Below, in pieces: positions 1 through 11,291 of a stretch of 64,000 nt of DNA; position 1 is the stretch's first letter, and each line of letters starts with the position of its first letter. The stretch covers positions 8,742,001 to 8,806,000 of the forward strand of contig NC_087263.1 of assembly GCF_037042905.1 (NCBI RefSeq). The letters run 5' to 3'. Both the position numbers and the translations under genes were made by a program. Below the pieces are notes generated by a model that was not told where the DNA came from, did not search any database, and saw only the letters and a list, made by a program, of their open reading frames with translations. Origin of the DNA: Lytechinus pictus (Eukaryota).

Positions 1-1660
1 CAGCGTGAGAACATTTTTTGTCAAATTTGCATATGAATTGCTCTCTGAGTTGAGCGCCAGTACATATAATTTGCATATGAATAAAAGGCAGTCCTAAGCC
101 GCGTTTCGAAAATGTGTGTGCATGTGTGTGTTGGGGGGGGGGGGCTGTTCGGAGTCCCCTAGCCCACCCGCCCGCATTCCGCTGAACCGTGACTTGCATG
201 ACCTGTTTCTGCTTTTTAGCATTAGTCTTATCAACATCAGTGAATGATTGTGAGATCATTAATTGCAACAAACTTTGCATGCATGATGACAGCAACCTGT
301 TTAATTTAGCCTTGTTTATACCGCAGACATATTTATCAACACAGCTAGACTGAATACTAATTTTGAAGAATAATTTGGTTTATTGTGCTTTGGTTTGTGA
401 TTTGCTCTGCTCATTTCGATTATCAACTTTACATTTGTTGTTTTCCTTTAGTTTTTAACGAATCTTCATTTTATTGTTTCCCTCTGTAATAAAAATTGTA
501 ATATTAAGCTCCGAAAGCTGTTCCCCCCCCCCCCCCCCCAATCTCGGTCACACGGCCCTCTCGTTTAGATTTGAAGGAAAAAAAAACTGTTCACGCAGAG
601 CAGGCGAGGCGCGCACAGTGTGTGATGAGTGAACTGTGAATGAAATTTGCATATAAATAGAAGCGATCAAGCTAATCTGGGCAGTGGATTAGAGGTGGAT
701 AATTTGCATAAGAATAGTCTAGACCGAGACAGGCGCAGGCACGAGTTAAGTATAGTATAAATAAATTAGAAATGTTTTCGGTCATTCGTTCTAATTCGTT
801 TGCTTATACTACTACACTCGTGAAAATACATCGTTTGTTTGGTTTAGTTCACAGTTCCATTATTAAGTTTCAATATAATAGTGGAAATATCTACCTCATT
901 AGTCTTATTTACTAGACTAAGCCAAATGTGTACGGCACGCGCTTTATCAGTCGATCTATCTTCAGTCAACATGCATGACGTATAGACGATCAGCTGTTTC
1001 TCGTTGTGAATGGGATGGATGGGAGGAGGGTTTTCAGCCGCGCCGGAAACCGGAGCTTCGAATTCTCTACAGTCAAGGCACAAACGGTCCACGCCAGTGG
1101 TAGCAGCAGTGACTGGGCAGCAACCAGTCAGATGAAAAAGACAGTTTTGGTAACTATTGTTTTCGGTTTTCATTAAAATTTGTCTAGACTCTGGACCAAG
1201 TTGTACCTGGTTTCATACGGTATTAAGCCTAATTCTTGATGATGATTGTTATTGTTAATTGATTGATATCTTGGCGACCCTGCCCGTGCCATGGCCTTCC
1301 TAACAGTCCCAGGGAGCTCCGGCCCGCGAACTCCCTGGGTTATGGTCTTTCTTGCCTTGCCCTTTTGGCTGCACCATACTTCATACTATGCCTTGGCCTG
1401 GGCTTTACAGTTTCAGGTTATTATTTAGGCCACGGGGCTGCCTGATTGGCTGGCGGATTGGGGACAAGATCTAGGCCAACATGTAGATAGTTCTTGGTCA
1501 GTGTATTTAAAAAAACAAAACTAGAGCTCAATAATGTCTGGGGTGTTGCAAGAAACTTGTTGTGATAAATTACTAGTCAATTTTTTGTCCCTAAATTAAT
1601 CAGTCAATTAAACAATCAATCATGAATTAATTGATTGCTAATCTGATCCTAACTTCCTAA

Positions 1661-2249
1661 AGGTCAAGTACAGCTCTGAATGTTGATTTGAATCAATAGA
1701 GGAAAATCAAACAAGCATAATGCTGAAAATTTCATCAAAATCAGATGTGAATAAAAGTGTTAAGACATTTTAAAGTTTCGCTTTGATATTTTTTACAAAA
1801 CAGTTTAGAACTTGCAGAATTCTGTAATATGCAAATTAGAGGGTCGATGTCCCTCACTCACTATTTCTTATGTTGGTTATTGTTTGAATTATACAATATT
1901 TCAATTTTTACACATTTGACATTAAGGACCAAATTGACTGAAACAGTGTTTAAATGAAATGCTCAGGAAGGAAAAAAAACTTTGTTTCATAGCACGATGA
2001 GGAGGAAATAAGAATATTTCAGATTTCAGATTTAAAATACAATATAAATATTGAGTGAGCGATGTCATCAGTCCCCTCATTTGCATACCGACTAGGATGT
2101 GCATATAACAGTTTTGTGAAATTAAGTGAAAATTTAAAATGTCATAACTTTCTTACTTTTCATCCTGTTTTGATGAAATTTTCAGTGTTATGTACGTTGT
2201 ATTTTTCTCTTTTTATACAAATCAACTTTTCTTAGGATGGACTTGTCCT
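1661..2249. mobile_element. Non-autonomous DNA transposon, Kolobok-like
   Basis: Termini AGGTCAAGTAC / GGACTTGTCCT, flanks CTAA / TTAA; collinear with the copy at 52035-52545. Confidence 0.75.
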
Positions 2250-2430
2250 TTAAGAACATTCTTTGACTTAAGACTTAAGCCAAAGAGTGTTAGGCCTAAC
2301 TTAGATCTAGTACTAATTTAATACTAGTACTAATTGCCACAGATAAGTATCAATTGCAAAATTGTAACCGAATAGATCTATTTGCATATGTATTGTAAAC
2401 TGCAAATTTGCATGACAAAATAAAAAAAAG

Positions 2431-2946
2431 TATGAAGGCTTCAAATATTTGGAATGCCTTGCCGCATGATATTAAACAATGTACTGTACATCTCTCTATT
2501 CTTTCAAAGCTTTGTTGAAAAAATTCTTATTTCTCAGTATACCTAATTTCATTCACCTGCACTCACTCACATGCACACACTTGCACTTCTTTTTTTTCAT
2601 AAATGATTTTCCCAACCGATTTTTTAAGATTTTTTTAAATCTTATATTTCGTGATGATCATTTTGTCAAAATATGATTTATGATGTTTTTCATGTAGCCT
2701 CCTCCTCTGGCTGCTATTGCTTTAAGCACTTCTGTGCTTATAATAGCTGGCCCCTGTATTTTACCAAACTGACTTTATCACATGCTTAGGTATGATTTAA
2801 TCATCGGTCTTTTCTGTATGATTTACAATCTATCCCTACCATTGTCACATTTAAATTGTATTCATTTATATGTTTGGAATTATGTGAACATGTTAATTTA
2901 TCATTGATTTATGAATGAAATGCAGAAACACCTGCAAAAAAAAAAA
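2431..2946 (+). mobile_element. 3' fragment of a CR1/L2-group LINE
   Basis: Reads IWNALPHDIKQC...SLYSFKALLKKFL, the typical ORF2 C-terminus of this group, then a 3'UTR ending in an A run. Confidence 0.6.
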
Positions 2947-3385
2947 TCCTAACATTATTGAAAATTTCTGTTTATTCCCATGAAAAGTTTCTTCCGCAAA
3001 TTTCCCGGAAATTTTGCAACCCTAGGCGAGTGCAAAGCGCAAGCAAAAAAATTGTGATTTTCTATAAACCTGAAATGTATTATGTTATACTTCGAAAAGT
3101 AATTTTACTTTTGATAAAGGGCACATTTCATTTTGAAAAAAGGGAATATTTTCTACAGGAAAATTTAAAAATCATAACCAGCAGAAGCTGTTAAAATGAC
3201 ACACCATCCCCTGAAAATATCCCTTTATCTTGAGGTTATTCATATGTGACAAACACACAGTCTCCAACATTCATACATGCTTTGACTGCAACATACACAT
3301 GCATCATCCTCTGTTGAAACTATTACTGCATAATATCATGTAATTTTTTTTAATTACAACACCGTTTCTTGTTACAAAAATGAAA

Positions 3386-3637
3386 CTTTGGAATAACAAT
3401 CCTTATTTAATTTTCGGACTACCAAACCTTCGGATTAACAAACCTTATTTCGTTTTCAGACTAACAAATCTTCGGATAAGCGAACATTATCTTTGGTTTT
3501 CGGACTAATGAACCTCGGAATTATGAATCTTATTGCTAAATGGACTAACAAATCTTCAGACTCACAAACCTTTATTTCATTTTTGGATTAAGAAACGTTC
3601 AGAATATTCAAAACTTCAGAATTACGAAAGTAACCTG
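3386..3637. mobile_element. Degenerate right arm of the same foldback family
   Basis: Repeated ttttcggactaacaaaccttcgga / aaccttatttcgtttt motifs matching 48370-48700. Confidence 0.7.
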
Positions 3638-3706
3638 ATAAACCGATCATGCTCTACATTCAATATTCATATCTAATGGCTTATTTTCATTTTGTCTGTC
3701 TCCTAG

Positions 3707-3982
3707 AAAACATTTAGTGATGGCAATCAAACAACTGGCAAGTTCCGTCAAATAGATTTGGAGAAAGTCGCAGATACTTTGGGGAAACCTGAAGAGGGGC
3801 TCCAGGACATTTTGTCCACTGTGAAGGCCGTCACAGAGGACCTCGTTTATAATTGTGAGGACAGTGAGGACTCTGAAACTTCTTCGGGTGCCGATAGTTC
3901 AACCAGTCTTGAGAGTGAAGCAAGGGAGCCGCGAAAAAAGAAGAGGAAGCTATTAGGGGTAATTGGCCGAATGGGGGAATAA
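3707..3982 (+). other. Orphan exon-like ORF with an acidic/Ser tract and NLS-like PRKKKRKL
   Basis: Acceptor ttttgtctgtctcctAG at 3706; open for 91 codons; GC-richer than its flanks. No upstream partner exon or homolog identified. Confidence 0.35.
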
Positions 3983-4182
3983 ACTATCATAACCTACTTG
4001 CTAATTGGGATAAACTTATACTTCAAACTTTGATTTTAATAGGCGTTATATGTCATAATGGATACCTAATGATGTATAAAATAACTGGTTTCAATGTCCA
4101 GGTATAATGTTATACCACAAACTATCTAAGTTTATATTTCATACTTACAACCGTAAGAAGTACATTACAGAGTATCATACAG

Positions 4183-4423
4183 CCGTACTTTGGCAAAGGA
4201 AACAAGTTACAAAACATTAATTTGTTGAAAATGAGTAATGTGTGTTCATCATATAAATAGGTGTAATTGCAATTTTACAGCAGTTTTTCTTCAGTATCTT
4301 TCATTGAACAATCACTTCTTCACCAAATTCAGCCTGAATGTGCCACATACAAAGGGTGTTTCAGAAACAGCAATAACTCAAATTTAAGTGATGTGTCACT
4401 TGCTTCCTTTTGCCAAAGTTGGG
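4183..4423. mobile_element. MITE with ~29-bp TIRs and CAG target duplication
   Basis: CCGTACTTTGGCAAAGGAAACAAGTTACA versus TGTCACTTGCTTCCTTTTGCCAAAGTTGGG; CAG at 4180-4182 and 4424-4426. Confidence 0.8.
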
Positions 4424-4425
4424 CA

Positions 4426-7400
4426 GGTATAAGCTTATCACTTTTGATTTGTATTGCCTCATACATTGCAGAGTATCATACAGGTATAAGCTTATCCCGT
4501 TTGATTTGTATTGCCTCATACATTGCAGAGTATCCTACAGGTATAAGCTTATCCCATTTGACTTGTATTACCTCATACATTGCAGATAATCATACAGGGA
4601 TAAGCTTATCCCATTTGATTTGTATAACCACATACATCGCAGAGGATCATAAAGGTATAAGCTTATCCCATTTGATTTATATTGCCTCGTACATTGTAGA
4701 GTGTCATACAGGTATAAGCTTATCCTATTTGATTTGTATAACTTGTCCACTACAGAGTATCATGCAGGTATAAGCTTATCCCTTTTGATTTGTATTGCCT
4801 CATACATTGCAGAGTATCCTGCAGGGATAAGCTTATCCCATTTGATATGTATAACTTGTACATTGCAGAGTATCGTAGTGGTATAAGCTTATCCCTTTTG
4901 ATTTGTACTACCTCATACATTGCAGAGTATCGTACTGGTATAAGCTTATCCCATTTGATTTGTATTACTCGTACATTGCAGAGTATCATACAGGTATAAG
5001 CTTATCCCATTTGATTTCCATAACCTCATACATTACAGAGTATCCTACAGGTATAAGCTTATCCCATTTGATTTGTATTACCTCATACATTGCAGAGAAT
5101 CATTCAGGTATAAGCTTATCCCATTTGATTTGAATTACCTCATACATTGCAGAGTATCGTACAGGGATAAGCTTATCCCTTTTGATATGTATTGCCTCAT
5201 ACATTGTAGAGTATCCGACAGGTATAAGCTTATCCCATTTGATTTGTAAAACTCGTACATTGCAGAGTATAGTACTGGTATAAGCTTATCCCTTTTGATT
5301 TGTATTGCCTTGTCCACTACAGAGTATCATGCAGGTATAAGCTTATCCCTTTTGATTTGTATTGCCTCATACATTGCAGAGTATCCTGCAGGGATAAGCT
5401 TATCCCATTTGATATGTATAACTTGTACATTGCAGAGTATCGTAGTGGTATAAGCTTATCCCTTTTGATTTGTACTACCTCATACATTGCAGAGTATCGT
5501 ACTGGTACAAGCTTATCCCATTTGATTTGTATTACTCGTACATTGCAGAGTATCATACAGGTATAAGCTTATCCCATTTGATTTCCATAACCTCATACAT
5601 TACAGAGTATCCTACAGGTATAAGCTTATCCCATTTGATTTGTATTACCTCATACATTGCAGAGAATCATTCAGGTATAAGCTTATCCCATTTGATTTGA
5701 ATTACCTCATACATTGCAGAGTATCGTACAGGGAAAAGCTTATCCCTTTTGATATGTATTGCCTCATACATTGTAGAGTATCCGACAGGTATAAGCTTAT
5801 CCCATTTGATTTGTAAAACTCGTACATTGCAGAGTATAGTACTGGTATAAGCTTATCCCTTTTGATTTGATTTGTATTGCCTTGTCCACTACAGAGTATC
5901 ATGCAGGTATAAGCTTATCCCTTTTGATTTGTATTGCCTCATACATTGCAGAGTATCCTGCAGGGATAAGCCTATCCCATTTGATATGTATAACTTGTAC
6001 ATTGCAGAGTATCGTAGGGGTATAAGCTTATCCCTTTTGATTTGTACTACCTCATATATTGCAGAGTATCGTACTGGTATAAGCTTATCCCATTTGATTT
6101 GTATTACTTGTACATTGCAGAGTATCCTAAAGGTATAAGCTTATCCCTTTTGATATGAATTACCTCATACATCGCAGAGTATCTTACAGGTATAAGCTTA
6201 TCCCATTTGATATGTATTGCCTCATACATTGTAGAGTATCGTACAGGTATAAGCTTATCCCATTTGATTTGAATTACCTCATACACTGCAGAGTATCGTA
6301 CGGGGATAAGCTTATCCCATTTGATATGTATTGCCTCATACATTGTAGAGTATCGTACAGGTATAAGCTTATCCCATTTGATTTGAATTACCTCATACAC
6401 TGCAGAGTATCGTACGGGGATAAGCTTATCCCATTTGACTTGTATTCCTCATACACTGCAGAGTATCGTACGGGGATAAGCTTATCCCTTTTGATATGTA
6501 TTGCCTCATACATTGTAGAGTATCCTACAGGTACCGGGTATAAGCTTATCCTTTGGATTTGTATTACCTCATACACTGCAGAGTATCGTACAGGGATAAG
6601 CTTATCCCTTTTGATATGTATTGCCTCATACATTGTAGAGTATCTGACAGGTATAAGCTTATCCCATTTGATTTGAATTACCTCATACACTGCAGAGTAT
6701 CGTACGGGGATAAGCTTATCCCTTTTGATATGTATTGCCTCATACATTGTAGAGTATCGTACAGGTATAAGCTTATCCTATTTGATTTGTATAACTTGTA
6801 CATTGCAGAGTATCGTAGTGGTATAAGCTTATCCCTTTTGATTTGTACTACCTCATACATTGCAGAGTATCGTACTGGTATAAGCTTATCCCATTTGATT
6901 TGTATTACTCGTACATTGCAGAGTATCATACAGGTATAAGCTTATCCCATTTGATTTCCATAACCTCATACATTACAGAGTATCCTACAGGTATAAGCTT
7001 ATCCCATTTGATTTGTATTACCTCATACATTGCAGAGAATCATTCAGGTATAAGCTTATCCCATTTGATTTGAATTACCTCATACATTGCAGAGTATCGT
7101 ACAGGGATAAGCTTATCCCTTTTGATATGTATTGCCTCATACATTGTAGAGTATCCTACAGGTATAAGCTTATCCCATTTGATTTGTAAAACTCGTACAT
7201 TGCAGAGTATAGTACTGGTATAAGCTTATCCCTTTTGATTTGTATTGCCTTGTCCACTACAGAGTATCATGCAGGTATAAGCTTATCCCTTTTGATTTGT
7301 ATTGCCTCATACATTGCAGAGTATCCTGCAGGGATAAGCTTATCCCATTTGATATGTATAACTTGTACATTGCAGAGTATAGTAGTGGTATAAGCTTATC

Positions 7401-9417
7401 CCTTTTGATATGAATTACCTCATACATCGCAGAGTATCTTACAGGTATAAGCTTATCCCTTTTGATTTGTATTGCCTCATACATTGCAGAGTATCCTGCA
7501 GGGATAAGCTTATCCCATTTGATATGTATAACTTGTACATTGCAGAGTATAGTAGTGGTATAAGCTTATCCCTTTTGATATGAATTACCTCATACATCGC
7601 AGAGTATCTTACAGGTATAAGCTTATCCCTTTTGATATGTATTGCCTCATACATTGTAGAGTATCGTACAGGTATAAGCTTATCCCATTTGACTTGTATT
7701 CCTCATACATTGTAGAGTTTCCTACAGGTACCGGGTATAAGCTTATCCTTTGGATTTGTATTACCTCATACACTGCAGAGTATCGTACAGGGATAAGCTT
7801 ATCCCTTTTGATATGTATTGCCTCATACATTGTAGAGTATCGTACAGGTATAAGCTTATCCTATTTCATTTGTATAACTTGTACATTGCAGAGTATCGTA
7901 GTGGTATAAGCTTATCCCTTTTGATTTGTACTACCTCATACATTGCAGAGTATCGTACTGGTATAAGCTTATCCCATTTGATTTGTATTACTCGTACATT
8001 GCAGAGTATCATACAGGTATAAGCTTATCCCATTTGATTTCCATAACCTCATACATTACAGAGTATCCTACAGGTATAAGCTTATCCCATTTGATTTGTA
8101 TTACCTCATACATTGCAGAGAATCATTCAGGTAAAAGCTTATCCCATTTGATTTGAATTACCTCATACATTGCAGAGTATCGTACAGGTATAAGCTTATC
8201 CCATTTGATTTGTAAAACTCGTACATTGCAGAGTATAGTACTGGTATAAGCTTATCCCTTTTGATTTGTATTGCCTTGTCCACTACAGAGTATCATGCAG
8301 GTATAAGCTTATCCCTTTTGATTTGTATTGCCTCATACATTGCAGAGTATCCTGCAGGGATAAGCTTATCCCATTTGATATGTATAACCTGTACATTGCA
8401 GAGTATCGTAGTGGTATAAGCTTATCCCTTTTGATTTGTACTACCTCATACATTGCAGAGTATCGTACTGGTATAAGCTTATCCCATTTGATTTGTTTTA
8501 CTCGTACATTGCAGAGTATCCTACAGGTATAAGCTTATCCCTTTTGATATGAATTACCTCATACATCGCAGAGTATCTTACAGGTATAAGCTTATCCCAT
8601 TTGATTTGTATTGCCTCATACATTACAGAGTATCCTACTGGTATAAGCTTATCCCATTTGATTTGTATTACTCGTACATTGCAGAGAATCATTCAGGTAT
8701 TAGCTTATCCCATTTGATTTGAATTACCGGTACGTCATACATCGCAGAGTTTCATACAGAGATAAGCTTATCCCATTTGATTTGAATTACCTCATACATT
8801 GCAGAGTATCGTAAAGGGATAAGCTTATCCCTTTTGGTATGTATTGCCTCGTACATTGTAGAGTATCCTACAGGTATAAGCTTATCCCATTTGATTTGTA
8901 AAACTCGTACATTGCAGAGTATAATACTGGTATAAGCTTATCCCTTTTGATTTGTATTGCCTTGTCCACTACAGAGTATCATGCAGGTATAAGCTTATCC
9001 CTTTTGGTTTGTACTACCTCATACATTGCAGAGTATCCTGCAGGGATAAGCTTATCCCATTTAATTTGAATTTCTGGTACCTCATACATTGCAAAGTTTC
9101 CTACAGGGATAAGCTTATCCCATTTGATTTGAATTACCTCATACATTGCAGAGTATCGTACAGGGATAAGCTTATCCCTTTTGATATGTATTGCCTCATA
9201 CATTGTAGAGTATCGTACAGGGATAAGTTCATCCCGTTTGATTTGTATTACCTCATACATTGCGAAGTATCATACAGGTATAAGCTTATCCCATTTGATT
9301 TGAATTTCTTGTACCTCATACATTGCAAAGTATCCTACAGGGATAAGCTTATCCCTTTTTGGTGATTCGTACTACCTCATGCAGTGCAGAGTATGATACA
9401 GATATAAGCTAATCCCT
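4426..9417 (+). repeat. Tandem satellite array, 56-57 bp unit, roughly 85-90 copies, with 567-bp higher-order repeat
   Basis: Units start at 4426, 4483, 4540, 4597, 4654, 4711, 4767 and so on. Consensus GG(T/G)ATAAGCTTATCCC(A/T)TTTGAT(T/A)TGTATT(G/A)CCTCATACATTGCAGAGTATC(A/C/G)TACA. Diagnostic variants recur at +567 bp (4744/5311; 4993/5560). Confidence 0.97.
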
Positions 9418-9992
9418 CAAACTGTCTGGCTTTCGTGTCGAGGTATAAGCTTATACCCTAATTATCCAGTTTCAATTATATGAGTTTATATGATATACTG
9501 GCTACATGACGAGGTATAAGCTTATCCCTAAAACTATTCTGGTTTTAAAGTCCATGTTTATAACTTATACAAATCCGACCACCTTCAAGATACAAGCTTA
9601 TACATTTTTTCAAACAATGTTGTTTGCTCAATGATATTCAATCGTATTTATTGTTGAATAATTGTAAAGTTCTCTTTTGGATTTGTTTTGTGAAATAAAT
9701 TGTATATCTTTAACCGATTTTGCTCTATTCTTTCCCAATTTATTTGATGTTTGAATTGCAAGTGTGAATTGTTAGAGTGATTCTTCATGAGTTGACTCAG
9801 TGTGAATGATTGAAATTTAAAATGTCACTTTTTTTTACATGAATGATGTGTTGTTAAATGTTTTTCATTCTTTTTGATATGTCTGAAAAGGAAAAGATAT
9901 TATTATCCTCGTATTTGTTAAGTAAAATACAATTTGGCATGATATTTTGACAAAATCTGGATTTTTCCATTCCAGATTGAAATAATTTATTG

Positions 9993-10216
9993 TTGTAATC
10001 TTACATTATATCATGTAAAATCACATGAAATTGGTATTTGGTGTGTGGAAGCTTACAAATTTTCTTAAGTAAAACACCCTTTTCCCCTTTTTAAACAGAC
10101 CTGTTCTGTTAAATTGTGGAAAAATTCCTGTTTTATGAATTTACAGAATGATTATGTTATTGCTTTTTGCAAAATCTTATTTTTTCTGAAAAAATCAGGT
10201 TTTTTTTTTTACAGTG
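9993..10216. mobile_element. Left-truncated copy of the CACTG MITE
   Basis: Aligns to ~51105-51322 (gaaattggtatttggtgtgtggaa ... acagtg|ta); left TIR absent. Confidence 0.8.
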
Positions 10217-11134
10217 TAGCAACCTTTTTTTTAACCTTTTAGGATCGATTAGCATGATTAAGAAGAAATCGAAATGATGATAAAAAGAGCTACATTAATG
10301 TCGTAAACATATTTCCCTTGAATATTAGGGAAACACTTATACACTTTTCAAAAGAAAATAATTATATAGATTTCTCACTTATTTAACGAAAAGAAAACAA
10401 AAATGGAGCCCTGGACAAAATGTAATATCGTACCCCTCCTAACTTGAATGTCGATAAATTCTGCATTTTTTATCACATAATTGTATGAAATCTTACCCAT
10501 GTGACAATGGCGCCCTGGATATGTCAATGCATGAAGCAAAGGAAACGAAGATGGAAAGATCCAGAAACTAAGAGACAAACGATGGATAGAGGCCGGAGGA
10601 ATGGCACAGAAAATAATATAGGACATCCAATCAGTAGGCACCTGACCACTGCTGCAGATTCCGAGACGCTTTTTTTGTTCAGCTCAATAACCAATCTGAT
10701 TTGCGGAACAATTAATTTGGTATAGATTGCATGGAAGTCGGTACGGTGGCACAGTTAGCTTTCCGGGGTAATTGCAAAAGCCTGTCCATTTCACATAAAA
10801 AGAGGGTATAGCAAAAGGACTTAGCCGCTTAACCCTACATCTTTTATTTTACACCTCTCAATGTCATGTAAAAAAAGAATCCTATAATTCCTCTTCTATT
10901 CCTCAATCTAACATATATTGATTTGAATAATATGTTGACAATTAATAATTTTTTTTCCAAATTGTAAGCTAATGTTGCTTATTTATCTAAGCCCACCGCA
11001 CTTGCGTATGGGTTATTTGTTTTGCTTTTTGCTTTACGAATTATATAGGTATAGGTCTGTCAAAAGCTATCATTGTGGTGCACAATTGCATGGCTTTTTT
11101 TTCACTTACCAAAAATATATAGAATATTGACCAG

Positions 11135-11291
11135 GGGAGCGTTTCATCAATATTTTCATCCGACAAGTTGTCAGATCTGACATCTTTCCATGATTTTGAT
11201 TGGCTGAGAGGCACTGTTCCTATGGTAACTGTCGGATAAAATGGGACTTGTCGGATAAAACGTCCGTCAAGTCCTTTCATGAAACGCCCCC
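11135..11291. mobile_element. Harbinger-like MITE (GGGAGCGTTTCAT family)
   Basis: TIRs GGGAGCGTTTCAT / ATGAAACGCCCCC; flanks CAG / CTG; collinear copy at 32482-32637. Confidence 0.8.

Noticed and set aside
4267-9365. Repeat-protein ORFs (GISLSHLICI.. / YKLIPFD..)
   Set aside because: A 57-bp unit is 19 codons, so open frames arise automatically; interspersed 56-bp units shift the frame repeatedly.
4426-9417. CRISPR array (palindromic repeat with regular spacing)
   Set aside because: The inter-core sequences are homologous to one another and recur in blocks, there are no cas genes, and the context is eukaryotic. It is a satellite.
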